Source of the DNA: Acholeplasma laidlawii PG-8A | Lineage (GTDB): Bacteria > Bacillota_I > Bacilli_A > Acholeplasmatales > Acholeplasmataceae | Length of the DNA stretch: 32,000 nucleotides | Assembly (NCBI RefSeq): GCF_000018785.1 | Contig: NC_010163.1 | Location: forward strand, 1,320,001 to 1,352,000 | Reading direction: 5' to 3' | Shown: piece by piece, positions 1 through 7,878 of the stretch | How positions within the stretch are numbered: position 1 is the stretch's first letter | Layout: every line of letters begins with the position of its first letter | Position numbers and translations under genes: made by a program | Notes under the pieces: model-generated | Seen by the model: the letters and a program-made list of their open reading frames with translations, nothing else | Told to the model about the DNA's origin: nothing | Databases searched by the model: none

Positions 1-76
1 GCATCATATCTACAAATCCTGCAAGACCATCAAATGGTGAGTATTTGATAATACCTCTATCCGTATAAGGTCTCAT
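1..76 (-). CDS. YolD-like protein, N-terminal part only (gene runs off window start)
   Basis: The minus-strand ATG at 76..74 overlaps the TGA stop (75..73) of the upstream polymerase gene (ATGA coupling). The translation MRPYTDRGIIKYSPFDGLAGFVDMM resembles the DRG-x-IKW/Y-xPF signature of YolD-family partners of Gram-positive UmuC-like polymerases. Confidence 0.5.
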   Translation of the reverse strand, partial: MRPYTDRGIIKYSPFDGLAGFVDMM

Positions 77-1353
77 GCTTTGTGACGCCCAATAAATGTA
101 TTATGTTTAATAATCGTGGATTCTTTATTAAGTGCAGTTGCTCGGTTTACTGCATTCTTGCCAAACTTCTCTTTAATCTCATCCATAGCAGACATCAAAT
201 TATATTCACGGTCGATGCTTTCTGCATCTTCAAAGATTGAATACTGATAAGTGGTAGATTCTGTTAAACCACCAAGAGAAACTTCTACTGTTCTTATTGG
301 AAATCCATCATACTTATTTTTGAAGATATTTAGGCATGTTTCAAAGATTTGATCGACTGATGATGTTGGTTGGTCGAATGTGATTTGTTGATGTAATCCT
401 CCACCAATATCAGCATTATAACCTATACCAAAATGAATGACTCTACATCTTTTTTTATTGAGTCTTAATCTTCTTGATACTTCATCAACCATCTCTTGGA
501 TGATGGTTAATACTTCCTCACCATTATAATCATGAAACAGCACTTGACTCATCCCATAGGATTTGTTTTGATAGCGGAGTTTACCTTTATCTTGAATTAG
601 TGCATTATCAATGCCATGTGCATGATACCAAAGTTGTTGACCCATCACACCAAATCTATCTTGTAGAGCATCAACATTATAAGCTGCAAGGTCTCCTATT
701 GACCATATACCAAGTTTATTAAGATTAATTTCCATACGTGGTCCAATACCCCACATTTTAGATAGTGGTTCTACTGGCCATAATCTATCCGGTATATCTT
801 TATAAGACCATTTTGCTATCGAATCCTTTTGTTTCTTGGAATCTATATCCATGGATAGTTTTGCCATAAGTATATTAGGTCCTATACCAACAGATACTGG
901 TAAGTGCGGTTCATCAGTTATCTTTTTAATGATTTCTTTTGTTAGTTGAAGTTCTGTTTTATTGTAGAGTTTTAAATACCCTGTTAAATCTAAGAATGCT
1001 TCGTCTATGGAGTAAACATACAAATCATCTTCTGATACAAAAATCAAATAGATCTCAATAACCTTCATGGTGTACTCCATATAGGTTTTCATTCTTGACA
1101 TTGCATAAATGGTACCTTCTTTTAGATTATCTGGAATATCAAAGATTCTGATACGACCTGGAACTTCCATACTCTTTAAATACGGTGATACAGCCAGACA
1201 CAATGCATCTTTACCGCGAGAACGATCTGCAACCACTAGTGGTGTAGTAAAAGGGTCTAATCCCCTTAAAACGTATTCTACAGAAGCATAAAAAAACTTA
1301 AAGTCGATACATATAATATTTCTATGAACTTGTAAGTGTTGTAAATCTTCCAC
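73..1353 (-). CDS. Y-family DNA polymerase (UmuC/YqjW/UvrX-like translesion polymerase)
   Basis: 426-aa ORF. The N-terminal IICIDFKFFYASVE and SIDEAFLDLT motifs carry the catalytic Asp/Glu of the ImpB/MucB/SamB (Y-family) polymerases. Overall similarity is to the Bacillus YqjW/UvrX type. Confidence 0.9.
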   Translation of the reverse strand: MEDLQHLQVHRNIICIDFKFFYASVEYVLRGLDPFTTPLVVADRSRGKDALCLAVSPYLKSMEVPGRIRIFDIPDNLKEGTIYAMSRMKTYMEYTMKVIEIYLIFVSEDDLYVYSIDEAFLDLTGYLKLYNKTELQLTKEIIKKITDEPHLPVSVGIGPNILMAKLSMDIDSKKQKDSIAKWSYKDIPDRLWPVEPLSKMWGIGPRMEINLNKLGIWSIGDLAAYNVDALQDRFGVMGQQLWYHAHGIDNALIQDKGKLRYQNKSYGMSQVLFHDYNGEEVLTIIQEMVDEVSRRLRLNKKRCRVIHFGIGYNADIGGGLHQQITFDQPTSSVDQIFETCLNIFKNKYDGFPIRTVEVSLGGLTESTTYQYSIFEDAESIDREYNLMSAMDEIKEKFGKNAVNRATALNKESTIIKHNTFIGRHKA

Positions 1354-1367
1354 ACATTCTTAAAACC

Positions 1368-2189
1368 TCAATTCTTGTTATTGTTATCAGTCATTAATTT
1401 AATTAGCTTTACATTCTTTAGAGTTTCTTCTATTGAATCCCAACAGTTTAACACCATATTTTCTTTACTCTTTTTTTCAAAGTTATATATTTTACTTAAG
1501 GCATTTATTTCTTGTTTAAATCTAATTCTTATAACATCTATAGAGGTAGTAAGAAATACTTCTTTCTGAATGGCAACTGGTTCTCCATCCATTATTCTTA
1601 TCTTCATCATTTTCATAATATTAGCTAGAATTGATGTATAGTCACTAAGGAAAACAATCGCTTGAATCAAATATTCAAAACTGACTTTGTTATCGTACTC
1701 GAAATTATGATCAACATGACTATAATTTTTATCACGCATATATTTAAAATGATTGATTTCAATAGAGTTTTTTTCCCTCCATTCCATAAACAAATCAAAA
1801 TGATTTTTGAGCTTATTCAGATCAATATTTGTTTGAAATATGGATATAAACTCTTTACCTTTGTCAGATACATCTTTGTAAAAGTGATTCACAAATCCAG
1901 TTATAGAACTATCACCTTTAATATCGAGTAAATTGTTCAACTCAATAAACATATATGATTCATAAATAAATGCTTTATGTCTTAATGGATATAACACATA
2001 ATTTTCACTAATGTTTTGAACTCTAAGATGTTGAAAGAATATATTTACTGTATACCAGGACACTAAACTTTCAAACAACACATCAATGCGATGTTCTATT
2101 TCATTAAAAACATTAATCCATTTCTTTTCTTCAGAGGATGCATTAGGATTAAATTCATTAAATAATCTGTTTGCTATTTTCTTTATCAT
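1368..2189 (-). CDS. Hypothetical protein with HEPN-like R-x5-H motif (Abi-type putative RNase)
   Basis: 273-aa ORF with a GGAGAGGAA RBS upstream. It looks mostly helical, and YMRDKNYSHVDH fits the R[ND]K-x(2-3)-H pattern of Abi-associated HEPN families (AbiU2/AbiV/MAE_28990-like). The family could not be assigned by eye. Confidence 0.45.
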   Translation of the reverse strand: MIKKIANRLFNEFNPNASSEEKKWINVFNEIEHRIDVLFESLVSWYTVNIFFQHLRVQNISENYVLYPLRHKAFIYESYMFIELNNLLDIKGDSSITGFVNHFYKDVSDKGKEFISIFQTNIDLNKLKNHFDLFMEWREKNSIEINHFKYMRDKNYSHVDHNFEYDNKVSFEYLIQAIVFLSDYTSILANIMKMMKIRIMDGEPVAIQKEVFLTTSIDVIRIRFKQEINALSKIYNFEKKSKENMVLNCWDSIEETLKNVKLIKLMTDNNNKN

Positions 2190-2234
2190 GTTTATTCCTC
2201 TCCGTGCATCTGCAAGAATTAGATTTTAATTGTC

Positions 2235-2672
2235 TCAATACCTGTCCAAATCCTTATAGTAATTCTTTATATGTGCTTGCCACGTTTTATTGGTATCAAG
2301 ATTATATTTATCGTATAAGTGTTTATTAAGTTTATTCAGTATGGTAAAAACTTCTTCTGAAGTGGCAATGAATCTAATCTCTTGATCTTCTTTTTTTACT
2401 GCATGAGCAATGGAATTTCTTAGTTCTCGAAGCCTTAACCAATCTGCTTCTTGCAATCCATCTCTTTGTTTCGCTTCATATAGTTCACGAGCACATATAA
2501 TAGATAAATGCATCATGCTCATGGGGACATCAATGTATGCGGGATGTTTAATTCTAAATTCACTCACTGAATCTTTTGTTTTTTTATGCTTTTTCTCAAC
2601 TTTATTATTGTAGTAGTTTAGCAACAATGTGGCAGTTAAATAATTCAGTTCAAGAGATGTAGGTGTACTCAT
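2235..2672 (-). CDS. HEPN domain protein (R-x4-H motif)
   Basis: 145-aa ORF. LRELRNSIAHA is a textbook HEPN RNxxxH active-site motif in a small helical protein. A GAGGAA RBS lies 9 nt upstream. Confidence 0.6.
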   Translation of the reverse strand: MSTPTSLELNYLTATLLLNYYNNKVEKKHKKTKDSVSEFRIKHPAYIDVPMSMMHLSIICARELYEAKQRDGLQEADWLRLRELRNSIAHAVKKEDQEIRFIATSEEVFTILNKLNKHLYDKYNLDTNKTWQAHIKNYYKDLDRY

Positions 2673-2833
2673 TTCTCTTGTTCCTCAACAGTTTTCTTTA
2701 ATTTTTCACGAAAATCAAACTTATTATCTATATTGTAAAAGATAAGCGTTTCAAATCTATTAACTAAACTTTCATTGATCAAATTCTTCTTGCATAAATC
2801 AATAGCGTTTCCTATTAAACTCTTCCATTTCAA
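2669..2833 (-). CDS. Possible 54-aa ORF (TTG start) translationally coupled to the HEPN gene
   Basis: Below the ORF-track size cutoff. The frame is open from TTG at 2833 (AAAGGA RBS 9 nt upstream) to a TGA that overlaps the HEPN ATG (ATGA at 2672..2669). Translation: MKWKSLIGNAIDLCKKNLINESLVNRFETLIFYNIDNKFDFREKLKKTVEEQEK. There is no in-frame ATG, so the call is weak. Confidence 0.3.
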   Translation of the reverse strand: MKWKSLIGNAIDLCKKNLINESLVNRFETLIFYNIDNKFDFREKLKKTVEEQEK

Positions 2834-2838
2834 TTATA

Positions 2839-4284
2839 CTAATCCTTTAATAGTATTGAAACTGCATTATATCCTATGAAAAAATCTATCTCTAATACAA
2901 GGATATTATCAACTAAACTCATATTTTCAGAAACTTCAAAAACTAAATTGAATTCATAAATACCTGGTTCTTTGATTTCCAAATCTATCCATGAATAATC
3001 ATTAATCGGTCTTAAACTGGCAAAATCAATAAAACCATAATATTTACTAATATCCTTATTAATATATGTGTTTTCTAAATGAAAATCGTTGTCATTATCA
3101 AGAGTATGATTTTTACCTTCAGTTTTTAATATACTAACATTAAGAATTAGATACTTGCTACCTTGAGGAGCGATTAAATGATTTTCTGAGTCGTTTTTAT
3201 TCAGCGTAGTTGCCTCATTTGAAAAACTCGCATTGGTAATCTTTATGGTATACACACCGTTTTCTAATATAGTATCTTCATTTATATTTATATATTCATC
3301 AAGAGGTACAAGTTCCTGATAATTTGCATACACAGTATAAACCAATTCATTCTCTGATGCATAAAAATATAAATCTCTGATTTTTGTTTCTGGGCTATCT
3401 TTTACACTTGACCAGTATAGAAATTGATAACCTTCTTTATAAGGTGTTGCAGTAGGCAATTCTTCAATTTGTCCTTTAGAAATGTTTATATCTATAATTT
3501 CTGATGAAGTTCCACCGTTGAAATCAAAATGAACATTATAATCATGAAGATTAGGACGTAAGATTAGAAAAACATTTTGTTCAATTCTATCCCAAGTATC
3601 AATTGAAAGCACCATTACTTGGGTAGAATTCAAAAATTCATCTGTTAAGAGAAAAGATAATTCAATGAATGAAGAAACACCATTATTTCTATATGGTTCA
3701 AATGTCTCAAATTGATTTGGATCACCTTTGATCACTTTATTTTTATTGCTAACTGCATTCTCAATACTACCTGTTATGTAATCCTCAGCAAAGCCAAGAG
3801 TTTCTTCAATGACATTAATGTCTCCTCCTATTGCACCAGATAACATAGCAGAAAAAGTAGCATTTGCCAATGCTTCCATAAAAATAGACATATTTGAGCG
3901 GGCATACATATCAACCAACCTTAATTCAAAATATTCAGATTTAATATCTTGTTGATTTACATTGATATCAGTATTCCATTGTTCAACTCTTATACTTAAA
4001 TTAAGCATATATTTTTCATCTTCTGTTTCAACAGCATTGATGCCAACCACCTTCATGAAAATTTCATCTGCAAAAACAAATTCTTCATATAAAAAGTTGT
4101 TGTTTTCATCATATTCCTCAACCAGTGGAGGATTATTTGTTGGTGGATTTTGATTAGTTATTGAGTTGTATATTGCTATACCAACTATTGCTAATATTAT
4201 GACTCCAAAAAGAATCCTTATAGACATTGGAATCTTTATTGTGATTAATTCTACAAACTTTTGTATGCCTTCTAAAAATTTCAT
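2839..4284 (-). CDS. Membrane-anchored surface protein with a Listeria-Bacteroides (InlB B-type) repeat and a DUF4352-like C-terminus
   Basis: 481-aa ORF with an AGGAGAG RBS. It has one N-terminal TM helix (ILFGVIILAIVGIAIY). HFDFNGGTSS...PYKEGYQFLYWS matches the FD-NGG...GY-F-GW repeat. The C-terminal GSKYLILNVSILKTEG...F-L region resembles DUF4352. Confidence 0.7.
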   Translation of the reverse strand: MKFLEGIQKFVELITIKIPMSIRILFGVIILAIVGIAIYNSITNQNPPTNNPPLVEEYDENNNFLYEEFVFADEIFMKVVGINAVETEDEKYMLNLSIRVEQWNTDINVNQQDIKSEYFELRLVDMYARSNMSIFMEALANATFSAMLSGAIGGDINVIEETLGFAEDYITGSIENAVSNKNKVIKGDPNQFETFEPYRNNGVSSFIELSFLLTDEFLNSTQVMVLSIDTWDRIEQNVFLILRPNLHDYNVHFDFNGGTSSEIIDINISKGQIEELPTATPYKEGYQFLYWSSVKDSPETKIRDLYFYASENELVYTVYANYQELVPLDEYININEDTILENGVYTIKITNASFSNEATTLNKNDSENHLIAPQGSKYLILNVSILKTEGKNHTLDNDNDFHLENTYINKDISKYYGFIDFASLRPINDYSWIDLEIKEPGIYEFNLVFEVSENMSLVDNILVLEIDFFIGYNAVSILLKD

Positions 4285-4332
4285 TTTCTCTCCTAATGTT
4301 AAACTACTTGCAATAGTTCACTTTATAAACCC

Positions 4333-4341
4333 ATTCTACCA
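4333..4341 (-). promoter_or_regulatory. Extended -10 promoter element (TGgTAGAAT) for the 481-aa gene
   Basis: The minus strand reads TGGTAGAAT about 49 nt upstream of the ATG at 4284, immediately after the hsdR terminator. The -35 element is weak. Confidence 0.35.
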
Positions 4342-4386
4342 TAAAAGAAAAGCCGTTAACATACTTGTTTATGATGTTATCGGCTT
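4342..4386 (-). terminator. Rho-independent terminator of the hsd operon
   Basis: Minus-strand hairpin AAGCCGATAACAT / ATGTTAACGGCTT (13 bp, 1 mismatch) followed by TTCTTTTAT, 71 nt downstream of the hsdR stop. Confidence 0.7.
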
Positions 4387-4457
4387 ACTGTATCTGTTTT
4401 ACATTTGTTGATAGATTTTTGCATAATAATTTCTTTTAGAGTTAATCGCTAATATTA

Positions 4458-7451
4458 TTATTTTCTAAGCTTTTTATAAAGTTCTTTAGCCATTGCATCC
4501 ATTACTCTTTCGTAAAAGGATGTGTCTGTAAATAATTTTTCAAATGACTCGTGATTTTCTGTAAATAATCTTAAGGCTATATCCTTGAATTTATCAGGAA
4601 ATAAACTCTTAATGAACATTTCTGGATTATTTTCTTTTGCGTATTGAGCATATTTTTTAACTTCTGGATCATTCATGAACATCTCAAAGATACCAGAAAT
4701 AATGACTTTATCACTATCAGTGAATTGTCCCATATATTGCTCATTAACCTTATCAATGATACTTTGAAGAGTGTCTTTAGATTTAGGTTTTCTTTTTGCA
4801 TCTACTGATTGCTCAGGTTTTAAATCAACTGATGTTTTTTCTAGTTCTATGCTTCCTTTATATGTCTCTTTAAGTTTGGCAAACTCTAGATTAATCTTGT
4901 CATCAATACTAATTTTTTCTGCAGTATCTTTAGGTAATAGATTGATTAGATAAGAAATGAACATAAACTCTTTAAAGAGTTCTTTATCATTAATTCTTAC
5001 GATTTGGGTGATATATGAATAGGCATGATTGAATTTTCTTAATAGATCCCTATATTCATATTTTTGTTTTTCATCCAACTCAAGATACTGATCTATGACA
5101 GGTTTTAGTATACTTGTTACACGGCCAAGTGCTTTATCGTCTTGTTTCTTTGCTGCATCTATTTTGATTTTGGCAAAAAGATCCACATCTTGATCGTTAT
5201 ATAGCATATAACTGTGTATCTTAGTTCTTAAATCATAGACACGATTATAATCTGTTTGGCCATCTAAATAGGTTGTTTCAAAGAATGGTTGGAATGACTT
5301 TTTCATGTCTTCATGCGTGTTTACAAAATCCATGACAAAAGTGTCTACCTTACCTGGATATACGCGATTCATTCTAGAAAGCGTTTGAACAGCATTCACA
5401 CCATGAAGTTTTTTATCAACATACATGGAATGTAGTAACGGTTCATCAAATCCTGTTTGATATTTATTTGCAACCACTAAGATATTGAATTTATCGCTTC
5501 TAAATGCTTTTCTGAGTTTCTTATCAGAATTAATATAATGACCTTCACTATCAATATTCATTTCAGCTTCTCTATATGATTTACCATCTAGCTTAACCTC
5601 TCCAGAAAATGCAACAAGTACCCCAATATTTGAAGTTATATCTGGATTATCTTTAATGTATTCTTGAATTGCATGATAATATCGGACAGCATTATGCCTT
5701 GAGTCAGCAACAACCATCGCTTTCGCTTTACCATCAATTCTAAATTGACCATTGTTTAAGAAGTTGTCCATAATAAGTTCGGTTTTCTTGTGAATGGTAA
5801 ACCCATGTTCTTTATAATAGCGAACTAAGACTCTCTTAGCTTGTCCTTCGATAACTTCAGGATTGTCTCTTGTTGTTCTAACTATCTTAAATTGATCTTG
5901 AAGTGTTGTATAGTATTTTAAGACATCTAAAATAAATCCTTCTTCAATGGCTTGTCTCATAGAGTAAACATGAAATGGTTCATGTTTTCCAGTGGATGGA
6001 TTTCTTCTGCCAAAAAGTTCAATTGTCTTATTTTTAGGCGTTGCAGTGAATGCAAAGAAAGATTGATTACTGTGTTGTCCTTGGGCTAATACTTCTGCAA
6101 CAAGTTCATCCGTATCATCGACTTCATCTTCTTCGATACCTTCCATCTCTGCATACTCTTTAATTGCAACTTTCTTATCAATCAGTGCCCTTCTTAAGGT
6201 CTTAGCACTTGCACCAGTTTGACCTTGATGCGCTTCATCCACGATAATCGCAAACTTTCTACCTTCCATTTCATCGAAATCTTTATAGGCAAACAAGAAT
6301 TTTTGAATGGTACAAATAATAATACGTTTCTTATCGTTAATTGCTTCCGTAAGGCCTCTTGAACGCTTTTTATCATCAATTGCTTCAACTAATCCAGCTC
6401 TATGCTCAAAGCCGTTAATCGTATCTTGTAGTTGTGAATCAAGTACTACACGGTCAGTAACAATGATAACTGAATCAAATATTGGTTTATCATCTATATC
6501 ATGGACAGATGCCAATCTATATGCAATCCAAGCGATAGAATTTGATTTACCGGATCCCGCACTATGTTCAATTAAATATTTTTGACCTACACCATTATCT
6601 TTAACGTCCGATAATACTTTCTTAACGACATCATACTGATGATATCTAGGAAATATTATTTTCTTTGAGTCTTTAGGATTAGAAATAAAACGATGAAGTA
6701 TGTCTATGATGGAATTTTTAGATAGTACATCTTCCCATAGATATGATGTGGTATAACCATAAGGGTTTTGCGGATTACCAGCGCCACCACTGACACCAGA
6801 ACCATTAGATCCTTGATTGAAAGGTAAGAAATGTGTATCAGCACCTTTAAGTTCTGTCGTCATCCATGTTTCATATAGGTCTACAGCAAAATAAACCAAT
6901 ATTCTATGATTGAATCTGAATATCAGTTCTTTTGGATCGCGATTGTAACGCCATTGGTGCATCGCATTTCTATAATCTTGTCCCTTTAATTGGTTTTTAA
7001 GTTCGATTGCAATAAAAGGAATACCATTAATGGATAGGACCATATCAATCGTATTGTTATTGAAAGGTGAATATGCAAATTGTCTTGTTACACCTAATAT
7101 GTTACCTTCATAACGTTCAACCAAAGTTGGATTCAACTCTGATTCAGGTTTAAAGAAACAGATAAAAAGGTCTATCCCCATATCTTTTATGCCATTTCTT
7201 AATACATGAAGAAGCCCGTGATGACTAATAGAATCTTCTAGTCTGCGATATAGTTTATTAGGTGCTTCATCACCATAATACTTTTCATATCGTTCCCATG
7301 ATTTACTTTGAGTCTTTTTAATAAACTCTACAAGGATATCTAGATAAATACCTTTTGATACATCATATCCTTGCATAGAAAGTTTTCTATACTCTTGATT
7401 AATCAAATGAGACTCTATATCCTCTTCAAACCTTTTTTCATTATCTTTCAT
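4458..7451 (-). CDS. hsdR: Type I restriction enzyme R subunit (HsdR)
   Basis: 997-aa ORF with a helicase Walker A motif (HSAGSGKSNS), a DEAH box (IIVDEAHQGQ), an N-terminal nuclease-type region and the typical C-terminal helical domain. It is the last gene after hsdM/hsdS. Confidence 0.95.
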   Translation of the reverse strand: MKDNEKRFEEDIESHLINQEYRKLSMQGYDVSKGIYLDILVEFIKKTQSKSWERYEKYYGDEAPNKLYRRLEDSISHHGLLHVLRNGIKDMGIDLFICFFKPESELNPTLVERYEGNILGVTRQFAYSPFNNNTIDMVLSINGIPFIAIELKNQLKGQDYRNAMHQWRYNRDPKELIFRFNHRILVYFAVDLYETWMTTELKGADTHFLPFNQGSNGSGVSGGAGNPQNPYGYTTSYLWEDVLSKNSIIDILHRFISNPKDSKKIIFPRYHQYDVVKKVLSDVKDNGVGQKYLIEHSAGSGKSNSIAWIAYRLASVHDIDDKPIFDSVIIVTDRVVLDSQLQDTINGFEHRAGLVEAIDDKKRSRGLTEAINDKKRIIICTIQKFLFAYKDFDEMEGRKFAIIVDEAHQGQTGASAKTLRRALIDKKVAIKEYAEMEGIEEDEVDDTDELVAEVLAQGQHSNQSFFAFTATPKNKTIELFGRRNPSTGKHEPFHVYSMRQAIEEGFILDVLKYYTTLQDQFKIVRTTRDNPEVIEGQAKRVLVRYYKEHGFTIHKKTELIMDNFLNNGQFRIDGKAKAMVVADSRHNAVRYYHAIQEYIKDNPDITSNIGVLVAFSGEVKLDGKSYREAEMNIDSEGHYINSDKKLRKAFRSDKFNILVVANKYQTGFDEPLLHSMYVDKKLHGVNAVQTLSRMNRVYPGKVDTFVMDFVNTHEDMKKSFQPFFETTYLDGQTDYNRVYDLRTKIHSYMLYNDQDVDLFAKIKIDAAKKQDDKALGRVTSILKPVIDQYLELDEKQKYEYRDLLRKFNHAYSYITQIVRINDKELFKEFMFISYLINLLPKDTAEKISIDDKINLEFAKLKETYKGSIELEKTSVDLKPEQSVDAKRKPKSKDTLQSIIDKVNEQYMGQFTDSDKVIISGIFEMFMNDPEVKKYAQYAKENNPEMFIKSLFPDKFKDIALRLFTENHESFEKLFTDTSFYERVMDAMAKELYKKLRK

Positions 7452-7455
7452 AGAT

Positions 7456-7878
7456 TCACCCCTTTAAAGTGTTTCTTTTCTTTACTAAAAATAATATTGT
7501 GAAAATCGTAATGATAGTTATCCCTAAAATACTCCAAGAAATTATGATGATATGTTCTTGTAAAAACATAATGAGTGCACTCAATGCAAATCCAATCATC
7601 GTTGAAACTACAAAATAAACATATTTCATTGCATCTGAATTAAATAGTCCGATTGAATTAAATATAATCCCAACCAAAGCATAAGACAGTATGAATGTCA
7701 GTGATTTAACAATGATTTCAATTGATGGAGATAATCCAAAATCAGTTAAACTTAATTGAAATATCCATAGAGTCAGTTTAATGAATTCACTAGTCAAATC
7801 TAGTAGGACCGAGAATACTCCAGTAGCAATTAGTATCAATAATATAATTCCACCAATCATTGACCTTACATCTCTCAT
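7456..7878 (-). CDS. Small integral membrane protein (about 4 TM helices) embedded in the Type I R-M operon
   Basis: 140-aa ORF with four roughly 20-aa hydrophobic segments. Its ATG directly abuts the hsdS stop codon, and its TGA lies 4 nt before the hsdR ATG. The hsdR RBS (AAGGGGTGA) lies in its last codons. Confidence 0.75.
   Translation of the reverse strand: MRDVRSMIGGIILLILIATGVFSVLLDLTSEFIKLTLWIFQLSLTDFGLSPSIEIIVKSLTFILSYALVGIIFNSIGLFNSDAMKYVYFVVSTMIGFALSALIMFLQEHIIIISWSILGITIITIFTILFLVKKRNTLKG

Noticed and set aside
2839-4284. The 481-aa protein as a defence-system component
   Set aside because: It has its own promoter after the hsdR terminator, and its architecture (TM anchor, B-repeat, DUF4352-like) is that of a surface protein. 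Nothing supports a defence role beyond its location.
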